64,000 nucleotides of DNA, from contig NC_088791.1 in assembly GCF_011386835.1 (NCBI RefSeq), positions 243,412,001-243,476,000 on the forward strand, given 5' to 3'. Below the pieces are notes generated by a model. That model ran no database searches, had not been told where the DNA came from, and saw only the letters and a list, made by a program, of their open reading frames with translations. The position numbers and the translations under genes were made by a program. This document shows, piece by piece, positions 50,254-63,332 of this stretch. Numbering within the stretch: position 1 is the stretch's first letter; each line of letters opens with the position of its first letter. Source of the DNA: Chrysemys picta bellii. Its lineage: Eukaryota.

Positions 50254-51623
50254 TTAGAAAACATTTCTTCAGGATTTCATGATAATTTCTGATCGGTCAT
50301 GGTGAAGAGATAGAAAAGGAAGAGGAGAGACAGACTTTCAAGATACTATACACAGAGTATATAATAGTTGACTAGATTTGTGCTCATTAGAGGGCATTAG
50401 CCATTCAGCTTTGTCTCAGAGGAGAAGGTTGGTTATAAGATACAGAAGATACAGGGCCAAATTGTACTGTCAGTTACTGTGCATCCATCCCACCCTATCA
50501 AGATTAATACACGGGTATAACTGAAAACAGAATTTGACCCAGCGTGCCTACCTTGCGTTGATAGTATAGCTCATTAAAGAATCTGGAAAGCTACTGGTTA
50601 TGGGCAACAGTATAGACTTTATACTGACATGAATTAGCAGTTGGCTCATGTTACCCATGAATTCTTTAAGCAGTGATACTTGTGAATTCATTGTCAGAAA
50701 TCTAGTCTGACCTTGAAAACCACATGTTGTAAAATAGAACTACACGTAGTTTGAGAATACTTTGCTTTAAAAAATACATTACTAGCAAAGAGAGATCTTT
50801 GAATGTATAAATATTGATAGATACAGTACTGCAGGCCTGGATGATAGGCTGGATGGGATTTAGATGAGCAGAAAGAGTGATGCCATTTATGAAATTGCCA
50901 TGCCTATACTTATCGCATCCTTATTTTCAGGTTTTTAAAGTTCACAGCACAAACATCTGCCTTATAAAACTTAAATCTTATTTTGGTAAAGCAGCAGATT
51001 CCAAACATCTCTACATTTCAGGTAATGAAATGCCAGGCTTACAGACATTTTCAGTTCCAGGAATTTCAGTTCTAGAGCCATGGATGCCATTGTCACACAA
51101 ACAGAAGTTTGAAAGGCTTTTGAGTCCCGAAATGTATAAACAAGGGCCTTTTAAAGAAAAATACAGTTGAGCCTGCTTGTGGTATAAACTGCAAAATAAC
51201 CTTTGTTCTCCTGGAATGTAAACTATTCTTCCATTCGCTCATTGTTGAAGAAAATTAAAAATGCTCATTCCATCACCAGTTTTGTGAACAGACTGTTATA
51301 CCCCTTCTTTGCACAGACTGACCCACCAGTTATGCTGTAGCTACTAACTTACATTTTTGTCCCAAACTGCTCAGTGTCTTTCATATTGAATCCCCCTCCT
51401 AAGTACCTAACTCACTTGTGAAAATGGGACTTAGGATCCAAAGCCACTTGGGTGCTTTTGAAAATTTTACTCCTTATGCTTTCTTATCCACTCCTTGATA
51501 GTGCACCCTCCCCCAGGTGCTAGCTACCCCAAAATGGGTTAGGAGAAGGCAGTCATTGTACCTCCCTTTGCGCCAGCCAGCAGAGCTGTGCAGAGGTCAG
51601 TCAAGAATACAGCAGTGAGTATG

Positions 51624-52660
51624 TGTGACACTTCCTGGGGATACCCAGAGTTGTGAGGCACCTTAGCATGGGGAAGCCTTTTCTGTGCCAGCCATAAGCA
51701 ACACAAGCAGTCCCCTCTAGGCTTCATAGGCCACACTGTCACTCTACAGATTAGCAATAGGCACCCACCCCCCCCGCGCCCCGAGCATCTCCCTGAAGTG
51801 TCCAACTTCTGTTCCACTCGCAGTATTCACAGATTTGCTGCTTCCAAAGAAGCAGTACACCCCAGCTTATCAGAGATTCTGCTTAACTCACAGCACTTAG
51901 ATTTGTTTATAGTGGAATCAAGTTTATTTAGCAAAGCATAGAAATTCAAGTTGTAGCAAGTAGAAGTATTGGGAACAAATTGTTACATACAAAATAAAAT
52001 CATAACAGCATTCTAGCACCTAGACTTAATTAACAAGATACGCTCATGTCTAATAAATTATTGCTTACTCAAAATCCCTGCAGCGCTGTACAATGGCACA
52101 GCCAGTCAGGCGGTGACTTGTCTTTCATGAGACAGACACGCTGTCAGTTTGCCTCCAAAGTGAAGGATCCAACATATACCAGAACAATCCTTTGTCTTTA
52201 TTCATAAACAGGATATGCCCTGCTGTTCTTTTCATCCTGTAGATTTCCTCTCTCATAAATTTCACAGTTTCTCAACTCACACCTGGGTTTGTATCAAATA
52301 GGCATACAGTATGCGGCATACAGTACACAAATAGCCAGGCAGGGACATAGCAGTCCTGTGTGAAAGGAACATTTCCAAGGTATGTCCCCTCCAGGTGACC
52401 TGCCTTAACTCCAAGACTTTAAGAGCATAATTTTAAGTATAGATACATAACTCCTTGCATATTATCTAGACATACATTTCAAAATGTTTATGATGGCCAG
52501 TGGGCTACTGGCTTTCAGAAGAGACCTCACTTGCCACGCTTTGATGAACTATTATGCAGATATCTGACCCAGGGGATCCCTCTCCAACCCTGTGCCCTCC
52601 CTGTATTCTCTGCCAGTTGGCACTGAGAGTTCCCTGTGCCTGAAGCTCCAGGAGACATTT
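51624..52660. mobile_element. Probable degraded solo LTR
   Basis: Begins TGTGACA. The sequence resembles turtle Gypsy-type LTRs as I recall them (ggggatacccagagttgtgaggcacc). No coding remnants, and the right boundary is uncertain. Confidence 0.45.
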
Positions 52661-53404
52661 TATGACTCAGTCCTTTTTAGTACACAGAATAGCTGAGTTT
52701 TAATTAAGAAGTTTTATTTTACTATGATTTATTATTACTTATATAGCACTATAAATGTTCCTGGCACTTTACACTATAGATGAAGCATTATATTAAGTAT
52801 TCATTCTTCATGGTATTGTTTTTATTGTCAAATTAACTACACTACTTTGGTAGTTGATGTTAAAAGCCCCTTGTACCCTCAAACTATAGTTCCTCAGGCG
52901 CTTCCTGGTGACTCACTGAGAGCTGGCTGGTCACATGCTGCTGGCTCACCTCTTTGTTGCTAAATGTTAAATCACATTAAAAGAAGCTAAAAAATATTTT
53001 ATTTTTCTAATATTAATTCTCCGTGAAAGCAATTGCTATGGTTGTCAAGGGATGTTTTGTGATGATGAATGGGAAGTCAGGTGATCATTGAGTCAGTGAC
53101 TCTATTAAGATATGATACAGACTACAAATACTTTCAAAAGCCCCTGTTTTAAGATGTAACAGTGACTTACATGTGTTGTCTTTCATTCAGAAATGTCCCT
53201 AAGCCCTTTTCTGTTTAGTACAGACAGCTGAAAGCAACCCAAATATCCATTTAAAACTACTCAGGGGACAGAGCCCATGTTGGTGTAAATTGTCAGAGCT
53301 CCATTGACTTCAATCTTCCCCAGGGAATGTAGGACCCTTGCACCCAGACAAAATTTAAAATTTAGTGAACTACATTCTGCTCCCTAAATTCCCTGGATAT
53401 ATGT

Positions 53405-53635
53405 TTAAGGCACAGGGCCAGGAGCCAGATTTCTTAGTTCAGTGGCAGATTTCTTACGTGACCTTGGCCTAGTCACATAACCTCTCTGTACCTCATTTTC
53501 TGCATCCGTAAAATGGGGCTACCAGAGGAGCAACAATTATTATTCCCATTTTACAGCTGTAGAAAATGAGGTAGAGAGAGGTTAAGTGACCAGCCCAAGG
53601 TCACATAAGAAGTCTGCAACTGAACCAGGAGTAGC
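53405..53635. mobile_element. Two MIR/CORE-SINE fragments in inverted orientation
   Basis: A + strand MIR core (gtgaccttgg...gtaaaatgggg, 53458-53518) is followed by a - strand MIR core (cccattttacag...cccaaggtcac, 53545-53604). Confidence 0.8.
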
Positions 53636-56600
53636 TTTGTATTTAAGGCACTGGCCTGGGACTTGGGGTGATCTGAGTTCAATTCGTGGCTCAGCTCATG
53701 GACTCACTATGAGTAAATCACTTTGTCCCTGATCTGTTATGTGCATATCAGTGCTATTTTCTCTTCAGTGTTCCACATGAGGGGAACTAAATCTATGGCT
53801 TATCCATTTTAGTAATATGAATAGTGTTGCATACAAATTATCCATTTATTTTATTTGAATGAATATATTGCTTTTGAAAGATGCTGGATGGCAGCCACAG
53901 TGGCTAAATTCCTGTTTATCTCCCTAAGAGATACCGCATGGGCAGTGATGGTTCTGGGGGGATTATTGCTAGGAATCAGAGGGTAGGTCAGTTTCTATCT
54001 CCATTTATTCCTTTCCCTCTGCTAAGGTTGCCAATTTTGTTGTAACTTTAGATTCTTTGTTATACTGTCTCCTGGAACTGGACTGAGCTCCCCCAGCTTT
54101 TTATAAGATCTCACATCACCTTTTTCACAAAGGTAACCGAACAGCCATCATTTATGGTTATGACTTTTAGTCCCTGTCAACTCAGGCCTTATTAAAATTG
54201 GTGCTCTGGACAGGAAAGGCTCTGTGTCCAGCATTGATACTCTGAATCATCCTGTTCCCCATCAAAGTTATTTCTAGTATAGATTCTGCCACACAAACCC
54301 CTCTCTACTATAGTTGATGCGCTTTGTGCGAAGCTGTTCTGCATGACAGGGTACCATATGCTGAAGAGTGGTCCCGGCTGCCTGTGTAGAGCATCCCACC
54401 AATCAGAAGACAAGGGCATTACCACAGAATTCGCTTTCACGTGGAGGGAGAGATTTGTGTGATGCTTCTGAGTAATGAGGCATGAAATTAGCATTATAGG
54501 GTTTAATTAGTATTAATGTCTTGTACTGGTGGGTTGTGTTTAATTACAATGTATCCATCACATGTGCATACTTTTCATGATTTTGCTTGTCTGGATTGAT
54601 AGGCTGGTGCTTTGGTAGTAATGTTTGGACATGGAGATACTTCATAAAGGAAAAATTAGATAAATAATGGTTCAGTAGGAGAAACAAAAATCCCAGGAAT
54701 TTATTTTCAGGGGAAAATGACAGTAATATTTCAAAAATTACGACGAGTCATGTGCCATTGTATTTCACGGAGATTGTTTCAGGTGTGCTCTAAAATATTT
54801 CAGTATTATTGGTGACTAACAGTGTTCTTACTGGCATGTGACAGGGTGTTCTGGGACTGTTTGGTTCTCTTCATCTCAGCTAGATATACAAGCTACAGCC
54901 TTTGTCATTAGTGCAAGAAAGTGGGGGACAGGACCCATCAGTGAACTGATTGTGTCTCACTGATTCTCTGACCAGTTCTGTCTCTCTAGCTGGCCATTGT
55001 CCTCAAGTGAGCATCTGCCATCTGGGAATGGGCAGAGTGGAGCACACTCTGACCTTCCCCCTTTCCAACTCTCAAAATGCCACTTTATCAGAGCTGGAGG
55101 GGGGAAGTAGCACAGGAGCTGACTGTGCCTGATCTGTGTCCAGCAGGGATTCTACTATGCCCTGGGAATCCCCAGCAGAGGAGATGTATGCAGTTTTCGC
55201 TCTATGCTGCCTTTTCACGGTTCAAGCAGTGTGTGTGTGGGGGGGAGGGGGGCTCTGAGGAAACGGTGAGAGAGTTGCAATACGTCTTCCTGGGTTCTGG
55301 GTTTCTGACTATTTTTCGCAATCTGAGATCCTGCTCCTTGATTTTTATTTTATCTTTATCTTTACTGCTGGCTGCAATTGTCCGTCCTGAACTTCCCATT
55401 TTTGTGTTGGTTTGCAGATCTTGCAGTCTGGCCAGTGGTTCTAATGTTACTCCATGTGAGGTGTTGCTGATCTCTCCTACCTATGTCACATTAATATACA
55501 AAACAGAAAGGTGCTTATTTTTCAGACCAAGATGGAAGTCAGCAAAAGTTGGTTGATCTCTCCCCTGACTTTTCTGCCAGTTTTGGTCACAGTTTACAAG
55601 ACCGGGTCACAAGATTTCAGCAGTGTTGAACCCAAACCCTAACTATCGTTCAACTTTGCTAGATCAAGCTCCAGATTTGAAATTCCGCCTCCTGAGCACA
55701 GTTCTGCTTAACAGTGAAACAGGAGGTTCACATTATCAAAATAATGTATGCTTACAGCGGTGACCAGAAATATCCTAATTTTGTATAGTGATGAAAAATC
55801 CCAGTGAAGTTTCAGTCTCTTTAGGAGTTTTTTCTTTTTTTTTTTCTTTGTCCAACTGTTGTTGATGATGGATCTGGGAATCATACAACAGTGGAGGACA
55901 GGATAAACTATAACTAAATGGATGTAACGTGTCAAAACACTGAACTCATGGCTCATATTCAAATCCAGGGAACCAATCAGAGGGATTATTTATGCATCTC
56001 CCATTCTGAGAATTTGCCCATTTACTTTGCGAATGGAAGGAGATGTTTATGTACATCAGAGTATGTGTGTATTTCCTGGCAAATACTTGTTAGTAAAACC
56101 ACATTAAGGGGTGTGGCATGCTCTGTTTGCTATGTCCAATAAAACTGGCTGCATCATAAACTGTTTATTTCCACTTCCCAAACAATGTGAATTTATTTAT
56201 GAAACGAAAGCATGTTTTGTACGAACCTGCATTTCATTAGTAGGATAAGTGCAGAATAGATGTTACTTGTAGTGACCTCGTTTGCTGCTCACTGGAGCCG
56301 ATAACCTTTGACATGTCTTCCAGTCTTGCATTACTTTGAAGCATATTGACAGAACATTTCTGTACTTTAGCTTTTCAGAACTTAAGACCTATGAGAAGTG
56401 TGCAGTTCTTGCAGTACAAAGCTTTCCACCAAGAGGATTATTGGAAACAAACTCTTTTTTTCTTTTGCTCTTTGGGGTCTGTAATGAAAAATCCTCCAGT
56501 ATTCTCATTTAATTGCTTCGTGGTTGTTTTCTGTCAATTTGCCAGCAGGTTCCTGCTTAACGGCTGCTGTTTGACTTTGCTGAAACATAAATGCAGAATT

Positions 56601-56970
56601 ATTGAGTTGCCAACATATCATTAAGTCATCTGTAAAGAGTTTCTCAGTGTATTAATGCTCCAGGCTTTTGTGTCAATATTGATTGATTAAAATGGAAAAG
56701 AAATCTTGGGCAGAATTCAGCATTGTACGAAAGTATTTTTTGGCAGAAGAAAAGGTTGGATATTGATGTTGGCTATGATTCCTCAACTCCACCTCTTAAA
56801 AAACAAAAACAAACAAAACAAAGCCTCTTGAACTTTAGTACCAGTGTTCTTAGCTGAATTCTAGTTAGCCTAAGAAATGCAAGGAGAAATCAATGTGGCT
56901 AATCAATTTCTTAGTACATAGTCAGATATAGAGGCTGTTTGATTGTGAAGCTACACTTGTGAGTGACTAT

Positions 56971-57544
56971 GGCCTGTTCTACACTACAGAGTTAAGTCGA
57001 GGTAAGGCAGCTTACTTTGACCAAATTATGTCAGCCTTGCTCCTGCTGATGTAGGTGCCCTACTACACCAACATAATAACTACACCTCCATGAGAGGTGT
57101 CGGGTTTATGTCGGTGTAGTTAGGGCAGCACAGTGTCTGTGTAGACGCTGTGGGTTACTTACATGGGCTGTTGGCTGTCATTCTTGTCAATTTCGCAGCT
57201 CTAGCATGGAGTTGTGAAATTAACAAGAAAGCCAGGCAGTCACCTGGGCTCCCCATTCGGAGCCGGGCTGTGCCTTCCCCACTCCTGGTCGTGCCATGCC
57301 CACCTGGCTCCCCACGGGCTTTTTCCTAGGCTCCTGATTCCCCACAGGGAGTCCGGCTGCTGCTGCCCGGAGGCTCCCAGCTCCTCAGGAGCCTGGGCTC
57401 TCAGCCCCCAACACTGCCCCTCTTTAGTCAGTGGAAGTGCTCCTGGTGAGGACGCGCACCACCGACAGAAGGAGGGTGGTGTGGACATGAACCACCGCAG
57501 TATTACTAACATAGGTTGGTTTAAGTTTCTAATGTAGACATGCC
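56971..57544. mobile_element. Non-autonomous Harbinger-type element
   Basis: Ends GGCCTGTTCTACACTA...ATGTAGACATGCC followed by TTA. The interior has the same layout as other turtle Harbinger MITEs. Confidence 0.7.
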
Positions 57545-59349
57545 TTAGGTCTCAGTGTGCTGGGGGCAGGGGGAGGGGAAAAACAGCAGTTCTATCCAAG
57601 CTGGAGGGAATGGGTGGTTGAGGTGATGTGTGTGAGGAGAAATGAGTGAGGGTCAAAGTAAGGCAGGAGCCAAGGAGTGGGGCAGCTCCTCCTCCTCTCT
57701 CTGGTTTGGATAAGCAGCGCTCCTCTACAGCTCTCCTTCTTTGGCTTATGTGGTGTGAGGTCCCTCTGCTGTTTTAATCTACTTCAACCTCTGGGAAGCA
57801 GTATAGAGTTAAAGGGGGAAAAGCAAAAAAAAAAAAAGTAGGATTTAGAGCAGGAAGGAAGATTATTTTTGTTAAAGGTACTGGAGTTGCAGGTATAGCA
57901 TAGTATAGGGCTTGGGCCTGAGAGAAAAGAATAAAGGGGATGCAAAGGAGTAAATGGTGTTTGTTTGTTTTTTCTCATTGCACCCTTGCTTGATCTTTAT
58001 TCTGGAAGAGTGGAAGGTGGTGGTGTGGGGGAGAAAAGATGTGGAGGAAGAAGAGGGTAGTGGTTGAGAAGGGAGTGTTTAATTTCTCCCTACCCCTCCA
58101 GCTACTAAAATACTGCTATGCATATCTTTCTGGCTCCCTCCAAAATCATTCTCTGCCACAGGTTCCCTGGGTTTTCATTTTGACAGCATGTCACAGCCTG
58201 CTTTAAATTAGAGAATTCTGTAGGAAAGACCATCTGTGCCTATTGAAGATGATAAAATATGACTAAAAGCATTGTATGGAACATAAAGTGAGTGTAAATG
58301 GAATAAGCGTGTGGAGCTAGTATGCCAAGAGAGAATGGGAACAGTATATTTTTAGGCAGAACTTTAAAGGATTACAATTATGAATTAGACTGTAAATTTG
58401 GCTGACAACACTGTCCTACAGAGCCAACAGAATGAGGAGGAGTCAAGTGGGAGAATGGCAAGTAATAAGGTCAGCAATAGATTGTACAAAGGTTTGAAAA
58501 CTAGCTGGTAAAGCTTGAAACTATCTGTAGGAGTGTGCTATGTTTTGTTGGGAGGGAGGTGTCTCATGATAATTAACACACACTATTGGTGTGGGTTTTG
58601 CTGCTATTTTTGTAATTCAGAGAGATAAAATCGAAACAAAATAAAAGTTCATTCTTCCAACCTACTAAAACCTTTCTAAATTTGATGGGTTACTCAACAT
58701 ACAGACCAATGAAAACAACTGCTGCTGCCACCACAATCAGAAAAAGCCCAGTCAGGTTACTTGGTTGGAACTTGAATTAATTTCATGAATATGATCAGTG
58801 AGAGTTTGTCTGTGGTCTCCTGACTACTGAGCTCCGCTACTATAATTACTTGAAGAATCCTAAAAAGGAGAATTTTCAATTTTTTTCTCAGTTATGCTTT
58901 TAAAGTTCTCTCTAAAGCACCCCCCCCCCCGACCCACTGTAAAATGTAGTTCATCTGAAAAGTGACTCTGTTAGAGTGGGGGCATCAAGCTTCATGTTTG
59001 CGTCTCTGTCTAGATCTCTGAGTCTATATCATATAAGATGCGTTTACCAGTAAAGAGGTGTTTTTTTCTACCTGCAATTCTGAAAACTCAATCTGGGATC
59101 TTTAAGTCAAACTGGGGACTTTCAGACTCACGGGGTCTGTCAATTTTTTATCAGAACTGTTTTTCCATGGAAAATTGGGCTTTGGATTAAACAATGTTTT
59201 CCACAAAAAGTGGCTGCTTTCTGAAAAAAATAGTTTACTTTTCATCAAAAAACCATAGCTGAAAACAAAACAAAAAAATTCAGATGAAAACTTTAAAATA
59301 TAGTTTTGGAAAGGATTCTACATTGCCTAATGAGGGTTGTAGCTAAGAT

Positions 59350-59653
59350 GCGTCATGTATGCAGTACTGTGTCCAGTTCTGGGTGCCACGCTTTAGGAAA
59401 GATGTGGACAAATTGGAGAGATTCCAGAGGAAAGCAGCAAAAATTATAAAAGGTTTAGAAAACCTGCGAGAAAAGGTTAAAAAACTAGGCATGTTTATTC
59501 TTGAGAAAAGAAAACTAAAGAGGGATGTAGTAACAGTTTTCAAATATATGAATGGCTACTATAAAAGGATAGTGATCAATTGCTCTCCAGGTCCACTGAA
59601 AGTAGGACAAGAAGAAATGGGTTTAATATGCAGCAAGAGAGATGTAAGTTAAG
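59350..59653 (+). mobile_element. CR1 LINE ORF2 C-terminal fragment
   Basis: [35 protein letters not shown]...KLGMFILEKRKLKRD. Confidence 0.9.
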
Positions 59654-59815
59654 TAGGGCTGTCGATTAATTGCAGTTAATGCACGTGATTAACTCAAAAA
59701 AATTAATCGCAATTAAAAAAATTAATTGTCATTAATCACACTGTTAAGCAATAGAATACCAATTGAAATTTACTAAGTATTTTTGATGTTTTTCTACATT
59801 TTCAAATAATTTCAT
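59654..59815. mobile_element. Left end of a TAGGGCTGTC-type hAT element truncating the CR1
   Basis: Starts TAGGGCTGTCGATTAAT with repeated ATTAA/TTAAT subterminal motifs. No right end was found. Confidence 0.55.
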
Positions 59816-60916
59816 ATAACTTAATAAACAATTCTGCCAATAATTCATGAGCCAGGATACAATCCAGTTTCCTTTCCAATAACTCTATTGGCGTTGCACT
59901 TCTATCATAATGAAAAAGTAGTTAAAAAAAAAATTGGCCAGAGAAGTAAGGAATCTGTTCTGATCCTGGGTACCTCCATCTTCATGTAATCACTTTTCTG
60001 AGCATAGTCATGCTATAACTGGATCTGTAATGGTTCATGTGTAGTGAATACTTGACAAGGCGTTTATTTTATATTTGAGAAATTGTCTTCCATAGGCAGA
60101 GTACTAGAGTCATAAATCTTACTTTCTCTCTTGTCTCAGTGCTACTATCAGAGTCTATAACCTTCTCTTCAGCAAAGCATGAGATTGTTTTTCTAGAATG
60201 AAATAGGCGACACTATACATGCAGTGCCCCAGTATATAACACCAGCAAGTTCTTTAATCTTTAAAATGCTTAGATGGGCAGTGCCTCAGTGTTACTGGAC
60301 ATCGCCATAGCAGCAGAGATAAGTACGTCGGGAACAGTATGACTAACTCACCATAGGATGATGCCATAGAATAAGCCGTTCTTGGGAGATTGGGTTTTAT
60401 AGCAGTGTTATTTGGCCATTCATTTTTCTGTTTCCTGATATTATGTTTTTCATTACGTTTGAAAGCTTTCTTCCATTCTGTTTGTCTTGGACAACGGGTT
60501 AAGGAGATGTCACCTAGAACCAAAAAAGTGTGGGAAATTTGCAATGATACATTAGATAGTTTGTGATATGAGGCAATGAAATTAAATCCCTACCCATACA
60601 ACAGGGATAGTGCTACAGTATGTGCGATGGGCTCCATCACTATAATTCAGACAGTGGAATCCATTACACACACGTTCCAAAATCAAGACAACACCTGAGT
60701 GCCTAATCACTTTGCAAATAAAATAATGAAATTAATATTGGTGTACGGAGATGACAATGGGATCTGACTTTTGATACGAGTACAATATATGAATGATGTA
60801 GTGTTCATGAAAAATCGCTTCCTACTTTGTCCAGAATATAGACGTTCCATACGGAGGTATGGTGCACTATAGATTACAGGAGATGTTCTTGCTCAGCCCA
60901 CAGAGAGATTTGATTG

Positions 60917-61110
60917 TAAGAACATAGGAACTGCCATACCAGAACAGACCAATGGTACATCTAATTCAGTATCCTGTGTCTAAAAGTGGGCTGTGCCAGA
61001 TGCTTCAGAGGAAGGCATAAAAGCTCCATAGTGCATCTATTGATCCTGTACTATAACTTGGGGAGGAATTTCTTCTTGATCATCCCACCTCCTCACATTG
61101 GAAGCATCAT
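60917..61110 (-). mobile_element. Degraded CR1 3' UTR fragment
   Basis: taagaacataggaactgccata...cagaccaatgg resembles the reverse complement of the CR1 3' end at ~21720-21770. Confidence 0.65.
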
Positions 61111-61183
61111 AATTAATAGCTCTTGCAATTTTACCCTAGCTAGTGTAACTGCAGATGCTATTCTTATTCCTATAAACATCTAC

Positions 61184-61489
61184 CAGGGGTAGGCAACCTA
61201 TGGCACGTGTGCCGAAGGCGGCACGCGAGCTGATTTTCAGTGGCACTCACACTGCCCGGGTCCTGGCCACCGGTCCAGTTGGCTCTGCATTTTAATTTAA
61301 TTTTAAAAAAAGCTTCTTAAACATTTAAAAAATCTTATTTACTTTACATACAACAGTAGTTTAGTTATATATTATAGACTTATAGAAAGAGACCTTCTAA
61401 AAACGTTAAAATGTATTACTGGCACGCGAAACCTTAGAGTGAATAAATGAAGACTCAACACACCACTTCTGAAAGGTTGCTGACCCCTA
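61184..61489. mobile_element. hAT-Charlie-like MITE
   Basis: Ends CAGGGGTAGGCAACCT...AGGTTGCTGACCCCTA. ATCTA occurs at both flanks, but there is no clean 8-bp TSD. Confidence 0.75.
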
Positions 61490-61860
61490 ATCTAATCCCT
61501 TATTCAGAAAAAACACCACCCAGAAGTCAAGGAATCATTAACATCCTGTAAAATGTCTGAGTTTTTAAAATACGTTGCTTTTTATACCCTTCCCACCAGT
61601 CACCTGTCCTAGCTGACAGCCACTGTAAAGAAAGAAAAAAAACAATATCCATGCATACACAAACAATACAAAATCCTGTAACATTTATAAATAATTTATA
61701 AATAAACTAGTAACAACCATAATGTCACTACATTGTGGAACAAAGGGCCAAATCATTCCTAAAAGGTACTAACCTGCATTGATGGTAGGAAGGCAATTTT
61801 TCACCACCCCCGCAGGAGCTGTGCGAAGGATTTGCATAATCCCTCACAGGGCTGCGAGGC

Positions 61861-62038
61861 ATCATAGAATGTCAGGGTTGGAAGAGACCTCAGGAGGTCA
61901 TCAAGTCCAGCCCTCTGCCTTCACTAGCAGGACCAAGTGCTGATTTTGCCCCAGATCCCTCAGTGGTCCCCTCAAGGATTGAACTCACAATGCTGGGTTT
62001 AGTAGACCAATGCTCAAACCACTGAGCTATCCATTCCC
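61861..62038 (-). mobile_element. Tortoise-type tRNA-derived SINE ending in the CR1 terminal motif
   Basis: Minus strand has a tRNA-like head (GATAGCTCAGTGG; GAGTTCAATCC) and ends ...ACATTCTATGAT, like the CR1 ends at 2385 and 12923. Confidence 0.9.
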
Positions 62039-63332
62039 CCATGCACCCTTTAGGATGGTGAAGCATTTCGATTCTTGCACAGCTTGCCAGCTATGCTGGC
62101 GAGTGAGAGGGCAATGGAGTACATTGCCATGCCCCCTGTAGGGTGTGTCTTACCCCAAAGGGACCCAGGGGAAAGGCTCCTTGCACCTCCCTCTGCCCCA
62201 TGAACTCTCAAAAGGACCAGGCATGATTTGGCCCAAATGGAAATTGGGAGCTGGGTAACCTCCTTAAATTATTTGCTGAACTTCCCTCTGTTCTATTCTT
62301 GTCTATTCGGTTACAACTTCCGAAATCATCGACAACAAGCCGAGGGTAATGAGAAAGCAATTGCTTTAATTACAGACTCAATTCTGATCCTATTTAAGTC
62401 TATAGGAATTTTGCCATGAACTTCAGTAGGCGCGGGAGCAGGCCCTAGCAGAGTACAGCTCCCTCTTGGATCATTTCTATTATATATAATTGGAGTTGGC
62501 ACTTACCTATCTATATAGAGAGAAATATTAGAGAGAGAGTGGCAACTCTGAGCCACAAGACCTCTAAAATGTTTTGGGAAACAGTCTGAAAAATGTTATA
62601 GTTCTGTAAGTTATAGTGAAGGTTGCATATCAGTTATGAGGGGATGAACCTAATACATTCTTCCTATTCTAAAAATATTTTCCCTACTGACACTAACTCA
62701 GAGACAGCAGAATCTTTAAACTTAAAATTATGTATGTACATACAGTAGTCTTTAGTGAATACCATGCAATTTGAGCAGTTTGAAAGGATTAAGAGGATTT
62801 GGACTTGTTCTAACAAACTAAGTCAAAAAGTTTCAATTTAATATCTTTAAATTCATAACTTGTAAGCTACTGAACCAATTTCCTTCAAACTTGATTTGTT
62901 TTGTAGATCTCATTTTGACTAAAAATCAAACCAAGCCTGAAGACTGTATGTACAGTATTTATCTTATTGCATGTACACTTTTATAAGAAATTCCAGTTTA
63001 TGCATTATATAGTGTATGAATTAGCAAATAAATATAATCATATAATTCAATAGTAGTTTGCAGCCTAAGTACAATGCATCAGCGTTATAGTGAACTTTCA
63101 CCTTAACTCTGCCATTTCCTGACATTTAAATGTTTCATTTGTCAACATTAATACTGTACTAATGTTGATTTTTTGCATGAAATTTGGACTATGTTGTATT
63201 GCAATACATTGGAGTCACCATGGTAGATCTGTTGCTGATAATCATTTAGCTACTAGTAGTTGGGAAATTTAAGGAAGAGTTGGTGCATATTATAAGTTCA
63301 TTTAAAATTATTGTCTGTTGTGTTTTCTTCAG

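Noticed and set aside
55202-55399. Minus-strand 65-aa charged ORF (KDKDKIKIKEQDLRLRK)
   Set aside because: It arises from a T-rich low-complexity tract on the + strand, with no recognisable family or clear splice sites.
1590-61110. Four of five CR1 fragments are sense to SH3RF3
   Set aside because: The sample is too small to infer an orientation bias.
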